Source: Lophium mytilinum
Taxonomy: Eukaryota
DNA length: 64,000 nucleotides
Assembly: GCA_010093605.1 (NCBI GenBank)
Contig: MU004188.1
Span: 1,429,673-1,493,672 of the forward strand
Direction of reading: 5' to 3'
Positions 14,797 to 30,505 of the stretch are shown in pieces. Both the position numbers and the translations under genes were made by a program. A model generated the notes under the pieces. That model did no database searches and had not been told where the DNA came from. It saw only the letters and a list, made by a program, of their open reading frames with translations. Numbering within the stretch: position 1 is the stretch's first letter; every line of letters begins with the position of its first letter.

Positions 14797-15847
14797 TTTT
14801 AAATATAAGGTATTATTCTAGATATAGCTTAAAATAGTTTTCTATAGTATAATATATTTTACTATAGTAGAAATATTTCTTAAAGTTAGTTCTTTTATAT
14901 TTTTTTAGTACCCCCGCACTCTTTAAATAGGTTAATTTAGTAGCTACTATAGCTATATTATCGCTCTTATAGTTCTTTTAAAGTTTCTTCTTATAGATAG
15001 CGGCTTAGATAGTAGTTCTAAAAGTAACTAGTTCTTCTAGAATAATACTATCTTTATCTTAGAGTAGAATAAGAGTTTATTTCTAGCTAAATACTATTTT
15101 AAATATACGCTAGCTAGGTTTAAGTCCCTTAAGAAATTATATTAAGAGATAGACCTTATCTTATATAAAGTATAGGTTTAATATATATATCTCTATAAAT
15201 ACTTCTTATAGTTTCTCTATATAGTTCTTAATTTCTTTATAGTTAGTAAGAGTAATAGTAGTAAACTTCTTTCTAAGTAATATAAATTCTACGCTTCTAG
15301 TAGGTTAAAAGTAGTAGTTAAGTATTACTAGAATATTATAAATAGTATTAACTCTAGTAATTTTATTTTATATATTAGTTCTATATTAATTTTAAATAGA
15401 AGAGTATACTTTTTCTTATTTATCTTTCTATATATCTAGTAAAAGCTAGAGAGTAATTATTACTTATTTAAAATTATCTTTAAAGAGTTATAACTTATTT
15501 ATATATACTATCTATTATACTACTATTAAATTTATACCTAGTTCTACTAGAGGGTTTACTTTTATTACTAACTCTAGTTTATACTAGTAGTAGTATAGTA
15601 GAGACCTATAACTATTTATTATAATCTAGTTATAAATTTCCCTTTTCTATATATTCTATCTATTAGAAGACTCTAGCTTCTTAATTTTATCTACTCTAGC
15701 TATAGCTATAATACTATTCTTAGTAGATATAGTAGAGAGATAGAGAGAGTATATAGCTTATAGTAGAGTTAAAAGAAATTTAAAAAATAGATATAGATAG
15801 GTTAGATATATCTAGTAACTAGTTTATTAGTAATAGAGATAATTATA

Positions 15848-16066
15848 TATTATAGTATAATAGTAGATTATAGAGAAGACTTAATATTAGTATATATAGA
15901 TAAAGTAGCTATAAGAAAGAGAAAAGGGCGCGGAGCGCCGGCTAAGAGGTAGATAAGACTAGTACTAAGCCTAGTTATATAATAGTAATTATATATAAAA
16001 GAGTATATAATACTATTATATATATTAGAAATATATTATAATAGAGGTTATATTATAGCTATAATA
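15848..16066 (-). repeat. 3' LTR of Gypsy C
   Basis: Matches 23882-24084 joined to 31380-31395. Confidence 0.9.
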
Positions 16067-19000
16067 CTACCTCCCCCTCTAAAAGAAACTATCTACTATA
16101 TTTTAGCCTTTCTATTTTATACTTACTATGCATAGGCAGTTCTTTCTAATTAGTTTTTTTTTAATTAATTCTTCTAATTATATAGTCTTACTATAGTTAT
16201 ATAGTATTACTATAATTCTTTTTAACTATTTAGTCTTTTATATAGTATTATAAACTATAGGTACTATATAGGCGTAATATAAATTAGTATAGAAGTTAAA
16301 CTTATAAACCTTTATATTACCTATTACCTTATAGTCTACTAGAGTAGCATCTTCTAATAGGTAAAGTTAGTAATTACTTAGCTAGCTAGCGCTATTTAGC
16401 TTTAGTAATATCTAGTTTAAGTATCTACTTCTATAGTCTTAATATAATTATAGCTAGTAGAGGTTTCTAGTACTTAGGCTTCTTAAAAGATTTATAAGGG
16501 CCGGCGGCGTTAAAGTATTAATAATAGTAATCTATTATAATATTATAGTAATTAAATATACTTTTATATAATTTCTACTTAGGTTTAGCGTTCTAGTTAG
16601 AGTAACTAGTATAGTAGATCTTATACTATAAGAGGCCTTTAGTACCTATAGTAGAATTAATTATTACTTTATTAATTCTTAAGTTAATAATATTATTAAT
16701 ATCCTACTATTTAAAACCTTTCTAATTAATTTTAATAGGGCTAGATTTATTATATATCTAGCCTTTAAGCAGCTTATAAGTAACTCTATAGAGTAACTAT
16801 AGATAAAAGATATTAAATAGCCCCTTTATAGTTCGCGGTAGTATAAGCTTATAAATACTATTATTAATAACGCATATTATTTTATATAGCTCTAGCTACT
16901 TATAGTTAAGTAACTTATTTAAATATTAGGTTTTAATATTATAAGCATCTAGTATTACTTTATTATTAATTTTAAATTCTAGTGTAGGCTTACGCTTAAG
17001 ATTTATATAGTGGGCTTAATATACTTATACCTAGATAAGCTTATCTTATAGAAAGAGTTAAAGCTAATTAATTTATTTAGCTAGCGCGTTAGCTTTCTCT
17101 TAAAGTAATTTCTAGGGGCCCTTTAGTTTAATAGAGTTATCTACTAGTTTTAATTCTAAGCGCAGATTATAGCCTTTAGTTGCTATAAATAGTAATACAC
17201 CTATTATTATTTTAGCGTAGTTAGCCTTAAATTTAGTAATAGGTAGAAAGTCTATCTAGTTATTTTATTTATAATTAATATAGGCTTATAGGTACTATTT
17301 TAAAGCTATATTTATAATCTTAGTTTATCTATCTATTTCTAGATAAAATAATAAAGAGAGCTTTAGTAATATACTAATATAGGCGTAGAGACATTTCTAG
17401 AAATAGAAAATAAATTAAGTACTATAGTCTAATATAATAGTATATAGATAGCCTTTCTTACACTAGACCTATTTAATAAATACTTAGATAACTAGCTTAA
17501 CTTCTATAGAATTAAGCAGGATAAACTTTCTCTTTTTAGATAGTTAATTAACTATAACTATAATATACTTATATTACCTACCCTATTATTTATAGATAGA
17601 TAGTAGGCTAATAAAGTTAACTAAGATATTATACTAGTAGTAATATAGAATTAGTAGTAGGTAAAGAAGGCCTTACTTACCTTCTCTAGAGTACTTTAAG
17701 TAGTAATAGGTTATATAAGCGCCTATATACTAATTAATATTAGATATTATAAGAGGCTAGTAATAGTAGTTACTTAGCCTAGCGTATATAGAAGTTATTT
17801 TAGTATAACTAGCTAGTTTAGATTTATATATAGATTAGATAATTATAGTATATAGCTTTAGTATAGCTAGTATATATAGCTTCTTCTAAATATAAAGAAA
17901 GTTATTAATTATATTATAATTACTAAGCTTAATTTATAAGTAGTAGTCTTAGTAGAATTATACTAGTAGTTATTATTTATTATATTATTTAGCGTATTTA
18001 ATTACTTATATAATAGGATTAGCTTAAAAGGCTTTCTTTACTTATTATAGTATTTAATTACTAGTTAGAACTAGCTTTAATATATTATATAGCTTAGTAT
18101 TAGAAGCTTATCTATTATTAGTAAAAGAATTCTTTATCTTATCTCTTACTATAGAGGTTATTCTAGAATCCTTTATCTTATCTAAAGGCTCTAGTTATAA
18201 TTATATTTATCTAGTATAAGTAACTATAAGCTAAAGTTTATTAGCGCTATTAGGTTAATTAAATTTACTAAGATTATAGAGTATTAAGGCAAGATCTATA
18301 ACTATATACTTTAGAGCGTTCTCTATAAGTATATAGGCTAAGTTAATAGCGTAATATATATTAGGCTTATAGTTAGTAGGTTTAAGTATAACTTACTTTT
18401 AATACTTATAGTAAGTATTACCTTTAAATAGTTTATTACTAGGTTACCTAGTAAGAAGATCTAGTTTATTATTAAGTTTACTAGGTTTATATATAATCTT
18501 AAAGTTAAATTTAGCTAAGAATTTAGCCTAGCAGGCCTAATAGTAATTAAGGCGCTTAGTTATTATAAATATTTAAAGATTCTTATAGTTAGATATAATA
18601 TTAATAGGGCTACTATACTTCTAGCCTTAGCTAGCTAGTTCTAGGCGCTAGTCTTTAAACACTAAAATAATAGTAAAAAGTTTTTTATTATAAATAGCGT
18701 AGTTAATTTACTATAGTATTATTCTTTATAATATAAAAGTAATAGGTTATAAGATACTATCTAGTTATATTTATAATAGTACGGTAGTAATAGTATAGTC
18801 TAAGAAGTTATACTCTATCTATATTTTATAATCTAGATTCTATAGAGCTAGCTATAAAGTATTTCTAAAGTATTCTTTAATATATATAAACGCGCGTGCT
18901 TTATCTCTATTATTCTTCTAAGGGAACTTAAATAATTTCTTGGCGGAGAATATAAGTATAGAAAGAGGTATAGTAAATTTAGAATATCTAGTAATAAAAT

Positions 19001-22000
19001 AATAATAGAAGTTATAAAAACCTAAGAAGGCTTAAATATCTTTAAGGTTTCTAGAGGTAGGCTAGTTAAGTACTATTTAGACCTTATAAGGGTCTATATA
19101 AATACTATTAATGCTAATAATAATACCTAAGTATTTAACTTCTTAAATAGTAAATTTAGATTTATAAATATCTAGAAAGAGGCCGGCGTCTTTTAGTTAT
19201 ATAACTATAGAAATAATATACTTCTTATATTTTTTAAGGCTATTATTAAATATAAGTATATTATCTATATAGGCTATATAGTAGTAGTTAAGATCTTTAT
19301 AAAGTATATTATTAATATAGGCTTAGAATAAACTAGAGGCATTATATAGGCTAAATAGAAGAACTATAAATTTAAATAGGCCCTATTATATTAGAAATAC
19401 TATTTTATACTTATTACTCTCTTTAATATATAGGGCATTAAAAGCGCTAATAATATCTAGCTTAGTATAGTATTTAGCTTTAGCTAGTAGTATAAGTATA
19501 TCTTTAATAAGAGATAGTATATTATAGCTCTTAATTATAATATTATTTAGTTCTCTATAGTCTATATAGATATAAAGGCCGCCTCTAGGTTTCTTAATAA
19601 TAAGTATAGGGGTAGTAAAAAAGAATAAGCTTAGTTAAATAAAGCCTTTAAAGTATATTTTATTAATAAATACTTTTATAATAGCGGCTTAGTCTCTAGA
19701 GAGGCTATAGATCTTCTATATAGGCGGTTTACTATTAGGTTAAAGATTAATTATATAATCTATATTATAGTAAGAGGGTAATATATTAGCTACTTAGAAG
19801 TTCTAGGTATTATAGAGATAATAAAGCTAATCTAGAAGAAGCTACTTAATCTCTTTATTAGTAATAGAAGGTCTATTTATCTTATTAAAGAACTTTCTAT
19901 AGTTAGCTAGATTAATTATAAATAGGTTAGATATAAATATAGCTTATTTCTTAGCTAAGGCATTATTAAGCTTAGTAAGCCTATAGAGAGTAGAATTATT
20001 AGCTATAGTATAAGTAGCCTTATTTTTATAGATATTAAGCTTATTAAAGTTATTATTCTATAGTTAAATAATAGCGTTCTTCTTACCTTTATAGGTAAGC
20101 TTCTAGTATTTAGTAAGAAAGTTATTAGCTTTATTAAGATTAAGGCTAAGCTTATAGTAATAGTTAATAATTTTATATAGAGTACTATTATATAGCTTCT
20201 TTTCTTTATAGATAATATCTTAGTTATAGCTATTACTCTAAACGCGTTAGTAGCTATCTATATATAGATAGTTACTTATATAGTAGTTAAAGTTAAAATC
20301 TAGTATATATTCTCTCTATATAAAACGCGGCTTATATTACTTAAACTAGAGTATACTAAGAATAATATTATAACTCTAAAGATTAGTAATATAGTACTAT
20401 AGATATTTAATATAGGCTTTAAGTAATAGCGTAATTTAAGCTTTATATATAACTATAAGTATTAACTAGCTATTAGTAAGGCGCAGTAGTATTAGCTTTA
20501 TAATTAGAACTATTATAAGCTTATAGGCTTTTATAAATATATATAATATAAAAGCTAGATATAAGTAGTCTATATCTATTAAGTACCTACTATTAATAAT
20601 ACTAGTAGTAGAAGTATAGATTCTATATTTAAAGTTAAGCTATTTCCCTTATATAACTTTCTTAGAAGAATTAATAGTATAGACTAAGAGCTAGAGTTTA
20701 TCTAGCTTAGGGGGTGGTTACTCTAGTTTATAGATATAGGTAACTAATATACTTAGATAAATATCTACTAGACTCTAACTATAACTATAGTTAGAGCCTA
20801 GAGAAAATTCTTACTATTTAAGAAGTTTTCTTATATAGTATTATTATTACTACTATTATAGTTAATAGTAGTAAGGGTATTACTAATTTTAATATTAAAT
20901 GCGGAATTATCTATATAGTAGATTATAGAGAGCTTTAGATCTAGCTCTTTTTAGAAATAGATAAGATATTATTATACTATTTCTTTAGAGGGAGAGGCGT
21001 TCTTTATATAGAAATAGTTATAATCTAATATATAATATTCTATCTTAAAATAGTTATAGTAGATATTCTTATTCTATTTACTAAGTACTTTAGTTACTAT
21101 AGAAGAGAGATAAATATAGCAGGTATTACTATTATAGTTTTAGTAGTATAAGCTATTATCTATAATAGAATATAATAAGTATATTTTAGAGTTATAGTTA
21201 AAGTTCTATTAGAAGCTATAATTAGACTTATTAGTAAATAGCTTATTAGTATATTTTAAGCTATTACTATTATTCTAGAAGGGGCTATTAGAATATTACT
21301 ACTTACAGGCGCGTTTATATTTACTAGTAAGATAGAAGACTATATAGTTAATAGTAGTAATAAGTTCTAGCTAGTTTATATAGTTATTAGTAGCTCTAAA
21401 GATCTAACCTTTAAGTTTAGAAGTAATAAGGTGCTTAAGCTATTCTTTCTATTTAATAAAGTCTATATCCTTATTAGAGTCTATAGATACTATCTTCTAG
21501 AACTAGAAAAAAAAGATAGTCTATTTCTTATTATATTTTATATACGCCTATTAGCTATAAAGCTTATTATTTATAGCTATAGCTTTATTATTAATTATAA
21601 AATATAGGTCTATTACTTTAAATATTTCTTTAATTATTCTAAAGTTATTACTTATAGGGCAGTTCTATTAAGTATAGCTATATATAATACTCTTAGTATA
21701 TCTAATATAGTATAATTTAATATACTTAAGCTTAGCTTACTTATTATAGAAGTCTTAGGGTTTATTCTAGAAGATAGCGTAGGTATAAGCTTTCTATAAT
21801 TTATACTTAGATATATTATTACATTCTTTAAACTTCTAAAGGTCGCGGAACTTAGTATAGAGCTAGTAGAGGCTAGTAGTAAGTTAGGTATTTAGATTAT
21901 ATAAGAAGTTAGATTAGGTAAAATAATTATAGTTAGAAGAATTATTACTATTAGTATTACCTTTATTAGAGATATAGCTATAGTTACTATACTTAGCTAT

Positions 22001-23881
22001 ATTATCTTATTAAGAGCGCGCTTAAGGCTATTACTAAATAGCTTATTAGTACTTCTTTTTATATTCTATACCTTAAGCGCGGAAAGTATTATACTACTAT
22101 TAGTATTAATTATAGTAAAAGATAACCTTAGTAACTTTAGTAGTAAGGCCTTTAATCTTAACTTAGAGCTTAGTATTAAAAATAGTCTAGGCATTAGTTT
22201 TCTTATACTTATTCTTAAGCTACTTAGTAAGGCTATTGCGTTTATTAGTAAAGTTTTTAGTATTAGTATACATCTTAGCTACTTAATAATAGAGCTTAGC
22301 GGCTTATTCTTTAAGATTATAGATTATAATACTATTCTACACGCCTTATTATTCTTAAAGCTATATAATTTTATTATCTTTCTATTAAATAGCTACTACT
22401 ATATTTCTAATATCTTTATGCAACTCGCCTAGTTTCTTATAGTAGTTAAGTAGTGCAGTATAAATACTAATATATTTATCTTAAGCTATATTATAGAGCT
22501 CTTCTATATTATTAATAGTAATATTAATAGTCTAGCTATTACTAGCGCAGTTAATAGTAAAGACTATACTATTATTATTATTATCTATAAGAAGGGATAG
22601 TTAATAATTAGACTTATAACTACTAGTTCTAGCGGAGCTAGCGCCTATATTAGCTATATTAGGCTAGTCTTAAAAGGAGTTAGAGTAGGTATTTAGAATT
22701 ATAATAGTATTAGTAGTAGAAGTAATAACTTAGTTCTTAGAAATAATTAGAATTTAAGAAGAGACTAGGGTTATTAGGTTAATAAGGGGTTTAGTAAATT
22801 AGATAGCTTAAGGTATAGATATCTTAGTAAATAACTTAAAGGCTTCTTTACCTTTAGCTTTAACTTTACTTTTATTCTTATTTATATAGGTATTATTATT
22901 AGTATTCTACTTAATAGAGTTAGCTAGGTTATAGTAGGCTTAGCTCTATAGTAGGTTAGTACTAAATTAATCTAGTAGAAGGTAAATATCTAGTTTTAAA
23001 TTACTAAATTTCTTAGCGCGTATAGTAAGAGCTTCTAGAGTTATAGTTAGTTAATATTATAATACTCCTCTACCGCCTATTTTATAGGTAGCTTTCTTTT
23101 CTTAGTAGTTAAGCTTATATACTTCTTAAGAGTTAAATATAAAAGTAGATTAAGTAGCTTATAATTATAAGCTAGAAGAAAGAGTAGAAGTATAGCTAAG
23201 AATAACTAAATACTTATTAGAGTTACCGCTAGAAGGTAAACCTATAGGCTGCGCGCTAGGTATAGCTATACTATATAGTATTAGAGTTTTTTTACTATAG
23301 CTTAGTATAGCTAGTTATAGAAGTGTTATATATATTTTTACTAGTAAGCGCTATTAGACTATTTAAATAGAAAAGATTAGTATAAGGTAGAAGGTATAGG
23401 TTCTTTATAAAAGCTTAGAAGTAGATATACTTTCTAGAGTAGCTAGTACTATTCTTAGTAGCTACCTTTAATTAGTAAATAAAAATAGAATAACTATATA
23501 TAAACTAGTTAGTTATATATAATAGTTAGTAAGTAGGTATATAGAGCCTATATACTAGCTTATTACTAATAGAGTATATATAGTTTTTACTCTATTATTA
23601 GAAAGTAACTATACTTTATATTATATTAGTTAGTTATATATAATAGTAAGTAGGTTTATAGAGTCTATATGCTAACTATAGTAGGCGGGGTATATAAAGT
23701 CCTTACTATAAAGTTATAAAGCCTTCTTTTAAGTCTCTCTTATATTAATATAGAGAGTATTAAATTTATATATTAAAAATTTTAGCCTATTAAATTAGCT
23801 AGGTATATATATAAGTAGGTAGATAGATAGAAAAAAAAATACTTCTAAAAACTTCTAGAAGCTAGAAGGGTAGCTACTTTA

Positions 23882-24084
23882 TATTATAGTATAATAGTAG
23901 ATTATAGAAAAAACCTAATATTAGTATATATAAATAAAGTAGCTATAAGAAAGAAAGAAGGGCGTAGAGCGCTAGCTAAGAGGTAGATAAGGCTAGTACT
24001 AAGCCTAGTTATATAATAGTAATTATATATAAAAGGGTATATAATACTATTATATATATTAGAAATATATTATAATAGAGGTTA
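23882..24084 (-). repeat. 5' LTR of Gypsy C (major part; last 16 bp displaced to 31380-31395 by the LINE)
   Basis: Aligns to 15848-16050 and breaks off at ...aatagaggtta. Confidence 0.9.
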
Positions 24085-24270
24085 AGACTCTATATACTAT
24101 TAAGAACATAATATAATTAAATTTACAGCACCTTAGAAATATAACCTAAGAAGGGCCTTTAGGGGCTACTTAAGACTCTATAAATGTTTACACGCAGTAT
24201 TAGAGCTCTATAAGCCGTGCTAGCGGTATTACAGTAGAATTACGCATTGCAACCCCTATTATGCAGCATT

Positions 24271-24303
<33 letters not shown>

Positions 24304-26759
24304 ACTAATAATACTAATAATAACCCTAAAACTAAACCTACTAACTAAAGACTAAGTAGAATATCTACGCTAACGTCTAAGCGCTTATTAAAGAAGCCTA
24401 TAGTATATAAAACTCCCTATAGAATAAGCCTATATCTTCTAACTCTAAGATAAATAACGCCCTTAAGTACCTCTAGAACTTTGCCGGGCGTATACTAGCT
24501 AGCCTTTTAGGCACTACGGAGGACCTATAATAAACGCTATAGAGGAAGATAATAAAGATAATAGAGGAAATATAGAAGGGTATATAGGCGCTATCTATAT
24601 AAGGAATAATCTATATAGTAGTAACGGCGGTAGAAAGAAATAGTAAAACTATAGAAAATAGAGAGTATATAATATAGACTACCTATAAAATTACTATATA
24701 TATTAAGGATAAGGAGGAATATACCATAATAAATAAGGACTTAAATACAACTATTACCTATAAGCTCTAAGCGGTAGAAGAGCCTAATATAATAAAGATC
24801 TATAGCGTTAGAAAGCTCTAGAGCGGAGATATAAAGGCCTATATACTAGATGTAACTACTAAGAAAGCCCTATTAAAGAAGAAGGAATAGATAAAGGTTC
24901 TAGGTAAAATAGTATAAATCTAACTACCTAAGGTTCTTCTAGAGGTATATAGAGTACCTAAAGAGATAGACCTAAAGAACCTAATACTATAAAGCAGTAT
25001 TATATAAGATAATAAGGCACTATATCTAGGCCTAGCTATATATAAGATTATATAGAAGCACCTAAATTAAATCTAGGCTATTAGAAATAACTCTAAATAG
25101 CGCGCCTTATTAGCTATAGTTACTATAGGCACGGAGGTAATAGTAAATAAGATTATAAATAGCGGGCTAGTATAGAATAGATATATACTAGAGGCCGTAA
25201 AGTATAAGGTAGACTTTATAGCTACCTAATACTTTTAATGCTAGGGCTATAGGCATATTGCTAGATACTATAAGAAGGAGGTAGTATATATAGTATATAT
25301 AGAAGCTTATAATATAAGATAATATATAGAGAAGAGTATTAAAAAGTGCGCTAACTATAAGAGAAGCTATCTATTATATAGTGCGGCGTGCACTATAAGA
25401 AAGAATACTTAACTAAAAGCTAATATAAAGAGGTAGGCAGCACTAACCCACTATAGAGCTAATAATAGCCCTAATAATAATACTAATAATACACCGGGTA
25501 TAGTAATATTCTAATCTATAATAGAATTATAAGCTCTTAATATAGTAAGTAGAAAGAGAAAGGCTACTAAAAATAGTAATGCACTAGACGGTAGTACTCT
25601 AAGAAGAGTAGAACGCCCCCCTATATCCGCTATATTCGCCGCGCATAAGAACCTAAAATAACTAAAGATAAATAGAGTACTATAGTCTGCCTATACTATA
25701 TAGACTACCTAATTAATATATACTTTCTATTTAATATAGTAGCCTAACTATAATAACCTATAGCCTTACTATAATAGCCCGCAGCCTTTCTATAAAATTC
25801 TACAGCCTACCTATAAAATACTATACTACTCTTAGATAACAACCTATAGTAATAACACTAGACTATTATAATTTAATATAACTTAGGTGCCGTCCACCTA
25901 GAAAGAAGAGGTAGCGAGCTATTAGCTCTATACTAAGGCTAGCCGGGCTATAATAAATAATTCTAAAGACTCTATAAATATCTAATATTAGGGCAACCTA
26001 ATATACTTACTATTATATAATATAATATTAATAAGAGCTAAGAGACCTAAAGGGAGTTCCTTAAGAAGATAGAGGCGGCCTAGCTCTAGCTATTAGTGCT
26101 AGCTATATAAGAACTATAGAAGAATACCTAGAAATACACCTTACTGCGCATAAAATTATACTACCTACTATATAGAGGAAGCCTAAAAGCTAGAATATAT
26201 ATATATATTAATAAGTGCCTAAACCTAGGCTAATAGACTATAGAGTACTACTTACTAGACCTTATTACCTTCTCCCTCTAGGCCGGGGAAGAGGATATTT
26301 AAATTTATAATATCTATAATCTAAAGCTATATAGAATTATAGCTACGCTACCCTTTATACTATATAAGAAGGTAGAGTATATACTTATAGGTAATATAAA
26401 CCTATACTACCTATTCTAGGGAGGAATATAGATAATTAGTGCGGAAGAGTAAGCTAAGAAGCTTATTCGCATTATAATAGAAGCAGGCCTAACCCTAGCT
26501 ATAGAGGAGGGCATAGAAATATAGGTAAGAGAAATATAGTAGACTATAATTAACCTTATATTTATATCTAAATAGCTAATAGAATATATAATATTCTATA
26601 TAGTTTAAGAGGAGTAGAACTATTACTTAGACTACCGCCCTATATATATAGAATTTAATATTACACTACTACTAGTAACTAAATAGCCCCTACGCCGGCT
26701 ATAGAAGAATATTATATAGAAGAATATATAGAAGCACCTTGCAGCCTAGCTAGTTAAGC

Positions 26760-28785
26760 TAGAAAACTAGAATAACCCCCTAGATAATAAAGAAGAAGAA
26801 GACCTAGATAACTTTATATATATTCTCTACTAACTTATTAAAATTACTATTAATACTATAGTACTAATAGTATAGCCCTTATAGCACGCATTACTATTCT
26901 AGACTAAAAAGTACTTAGAGAAGGTATATAAGACTAGGCGGGCGTATAGAATATAGCGCTTATTACGCTCTATAGAGGACTAGATATTATACTAGATCTA
27001 GTATAACTATAAGAAAAGAGCTATATAGAAAGAGAGTACTAAGGTATAGTACTATATAGTAGAGAAGGTAATAAATAACTCTAAAGGGGTATAGAAACTA
27101 GCTAAATAGGGCTATATAGTTAGAAAGGAATTAAGGCCTTCTTCTTAATTTCCCCCTCTCTTTTAGCTAGGTAACTCTACCCTACATGCAGATAATAAGA
27201 TAAAAGTATATATACTTGCTAAACAGTTCTTTCTACTACTAGTAGAAGCTAATCTATTTAACCTAGAAGGGTTCTAATACCTAAAACTATATACTACCTC
27301 TATAGAAGTTACTATAGAAGATATACTTTTAGCACTAATAAAAATTACGCTAGATAAGGCCTCTAGAATTATAGGAATTATAAATAGATTTCTAAAGAAG
27401 TATAAGATGTAACTAGTACTAGTACTTGCCCGCTTCTTTATAAAGTACCTATATAGAGAATACTACTTCTACCCATTTAAAGAATTAATTATAGTAGTTC
27501 TATATAAACTCTAGAAAGCGTTCTATATAATAGTAAAAGCCTATAGACCTATTACACTGCTAGAAATAATAGGTAAGCTATTTAAATATATTATAGCTAA
27601 GAGGCTCTCTAAGATAGTAGAGAAAAAGGGTATACTACTACCTAGCTAAATAGGGGCACGGCCGGAACGCTCTATATAGATAGTACTTAAACTCCTTATA
27701 GAATAAATCTATACTATATAGAAAGAAAACCTATAGCTTATAGTATTACTTTTTAGCCTAGATATATNNNNNNNNNNTAGAAAACTAGAATAACCCCCTA
27801 GATAATAAAGAAGAAGAAGACCTAGATAACTTTATATATATTCTCTACTAACTTATTAAAATTACTATTAATGCTATAGTACTAATAGTATAGCCCTTAT
27901 AGCACGCATTACTATTCTAAACTAAGAAGTGCTTAGAGGAGGTATATAAAACTAGGCGGGTGTATAGAATATAGCGCTTATTACGCTCTATAGAGGACTA
28001 GATATTATACTAAGTCTAGTATAACTATAAGAAAAGAGCTATATAGAAAGAGAGCACTAAGGTATAGTACTATATAGTAGAGAAGGTAATAAATAACTCT
28101 AAAGGAGTATAGAAACTAGCTAAATAGGGCTATATAGTTAGAAAGAAATTAAGGCCCCCTTCTTAATTTTCTCTTCTCTTCTAGCTAGGTAACTCCACCC
28201 TATATATAGATAATAAGATAAAAGTATATATACTTACTAAATAGTTCTTTCTACTACTAGTAGAAGCTAACCTATCTAACCTAGAAGGGTTCTAATACCT
28301 AAAACTATATACTACCTCTATAGAAGTTACTATAGAAAATATACTCTTAGTACTAATAGAAATTGCGCTAGATAAGGCTTCTAGAATTATAGGAATTATA
28401 AATAGATTTCTAAAGAAGTATAAGATGCAACTAGTACTAGTACTTACCCGCTTCTTTATAAAGTACCTATATAGAGAACACTACCTCTATCTATTTAAAG
28501 AATTAATTATAGTAGTTCTATATAAACCCTAGAAAGTGTTCTATATAATAGTAAAAGCCTATAGGCCTATTACACTACTAGAAATAATAGGTAAGCTATT
28601 TAAACGTATTATAGCTAAGAGGCTCTTTAAGATAGTAGAGGAAAAGGGCATGCTACCGCCTAGCTAAATAGGGGTATAGCTAGAACACTTTATATAGATA
28701 GTACTTAAACTCCTTATAGAATAAATCTATACTATATAGAAAGAAAACCTATAGCTTATAGTATTACTTTTTAGCCTAGATATAT
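26760..28785. repeat. ~1008-bp direct duplication flanking a 10-N scaffold gap (26760-27767 vs 27778-28785)
   Basis: Both copies run from tagaaaactagaataacccc to ttagcctagatatat, with Ns at 27768-27777. The copies differ by scattered transitions. Confidence 0.93.
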
Positions 28786-30342
28786 TAGAAGCGTTTAATT
28801 AAGTCTTATATAAATAAATAATATATAACCTATAGATCTAGAGTATACTAGAGTAGATAATAAGGTTTACTAGATTTTTTCTATAAAACTATATAACTAG
28901 GCTCTCTATAGAAAGCTATATAGTAGAACTAATTATAGTTACTATAGATATTCTATAGGGCTCCTCTCTATTACCTATTCTCTTCCTCTTTTTTACTAGT
29001 ATACTACTACTAACTCTTTAGAATAGTAATATAACGGCCTATAGGTTTATAGATAATATAAATATTCTTATATATAGTAGAACTATAGAGGTAAACTATA
29101 GAGCTATTAAGAGAGCCTATAATAGATATATAGAATAGGTAAGAAAGTATAGTATAGTATTTATACTAGATAAATATTACCTAATATACTTTATAAGAGC
29201 CCGTAAAGAAGTTAATCTAAAAGCTATAGTTAATATATAAGGCTTTATAGAGGGCCTTATAATAGACCTAAAAGTACTAGAAGTATAGGTAGACTTAAAG
29301 CTTAAATAGGGCCTACATATTAGTATTATAAAGAATAAAGCTATAACCTAGATAGGGGCACTTACGCGGCTTATAGTATCTACCTAGGGCGCTAGCTTTA
29401 GAAAAGCACGCCTAATATACTTAGTAGTAGTCCGGCCTACTATTATATATAGATGCACTACCTAGTATACTATACTAGGCATGCTAGAGTAGCTTAGTAA
29501 GATAAAGATTAAGCAGCTTAAAATAATCTAGAACTAATACCTCTAGAGAATCTTAGAGGCCTATAAGACTATAAGCACTATAGTACTAGAATATAAAATA
29601 TTATACCTACTACTCTAGCTAAAACTAGAAGAACTTATAGTAGCTTACGCGGACTATATACGTAAAGGGCCAGCATACTAGTATATTAAAATAGCATGCA
29701 GTAATATATAATAGGAAATCTACACCTACTATAGGCTACTTATAAGGCTAAAGTATAGCCCTAGCCGCTATAATATACTCTATAACCTTATAGTAAAGGC
29801 TATAAGGTTATATACTAGATATAAAGATAAATTAGATAAAGCCTATAAGTATTTAAGGCAATTTATAATTAAATATAAATATAAAGAAAGGTAGAAGAAG
29901 GTATAGAAGTCCTTTTATAAAATAGAATAGCGCGGGCTACTAACGCTGGCCCTTAATACTAAATAGAGTAAATAATAGAAGACTATATATAAAGGGCTTA
30001 TAAAGGTTAAAAGTACTATTTTTATAAACCTATAAATAGAGTATATAGAGCTTAATAGATACCTGCACTATATATAGATGCTAGGCTACCTAATACTAGC
30101 CTGCCTCTATAGGTATAGCCTCTAATTACTATACTATATAGTAATAAACTATAAGAGGTATATAGAGAGTAGAGGTAAACTATTTAAGAAAGTAAAGACT
30201 TAGATATATAAGAAAATATATAAAAGTAAAAAGAGATCTAAAGTAGTAGCTAGGTAGTTTCTATAGAAAATAAACCTGCTACCCTACCTCTTAATAGCGA
30301 GAGAGATAGAAAGGGAGTAGACCTAGCCCTTCTATTTAATAC

Positions 30343-30505
30343 TATAGCTCTACTATTATCTATAGCCTTACTATAACTAATAGCCTTACTATAACTAATA
30401 GCCTTACTATTACTAATAGCCTTACTATTACCTACAGCCTTACTATTACCTATAGTCTTACTATTACCTATAGCCTTACTATTATCTATAGCCTTACTAT
30501 TACCC
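30343..30505. repeat. 18-bp tandem repeat (~9 units, tatagccttactattacc-like) in the LINE 3' UTR
   Basis: Repeated tagccttactat(t/a)ac units directly after the end of ORF2. Confidence 0.85.

Noticed and set aside
30343..30505. Regular short repeats as a CRISPR-like array (also 59958-60074)
   Set aside because: Head-to-tail tandem units without unique spacers, in eukaryotic DNA with no cas genes.
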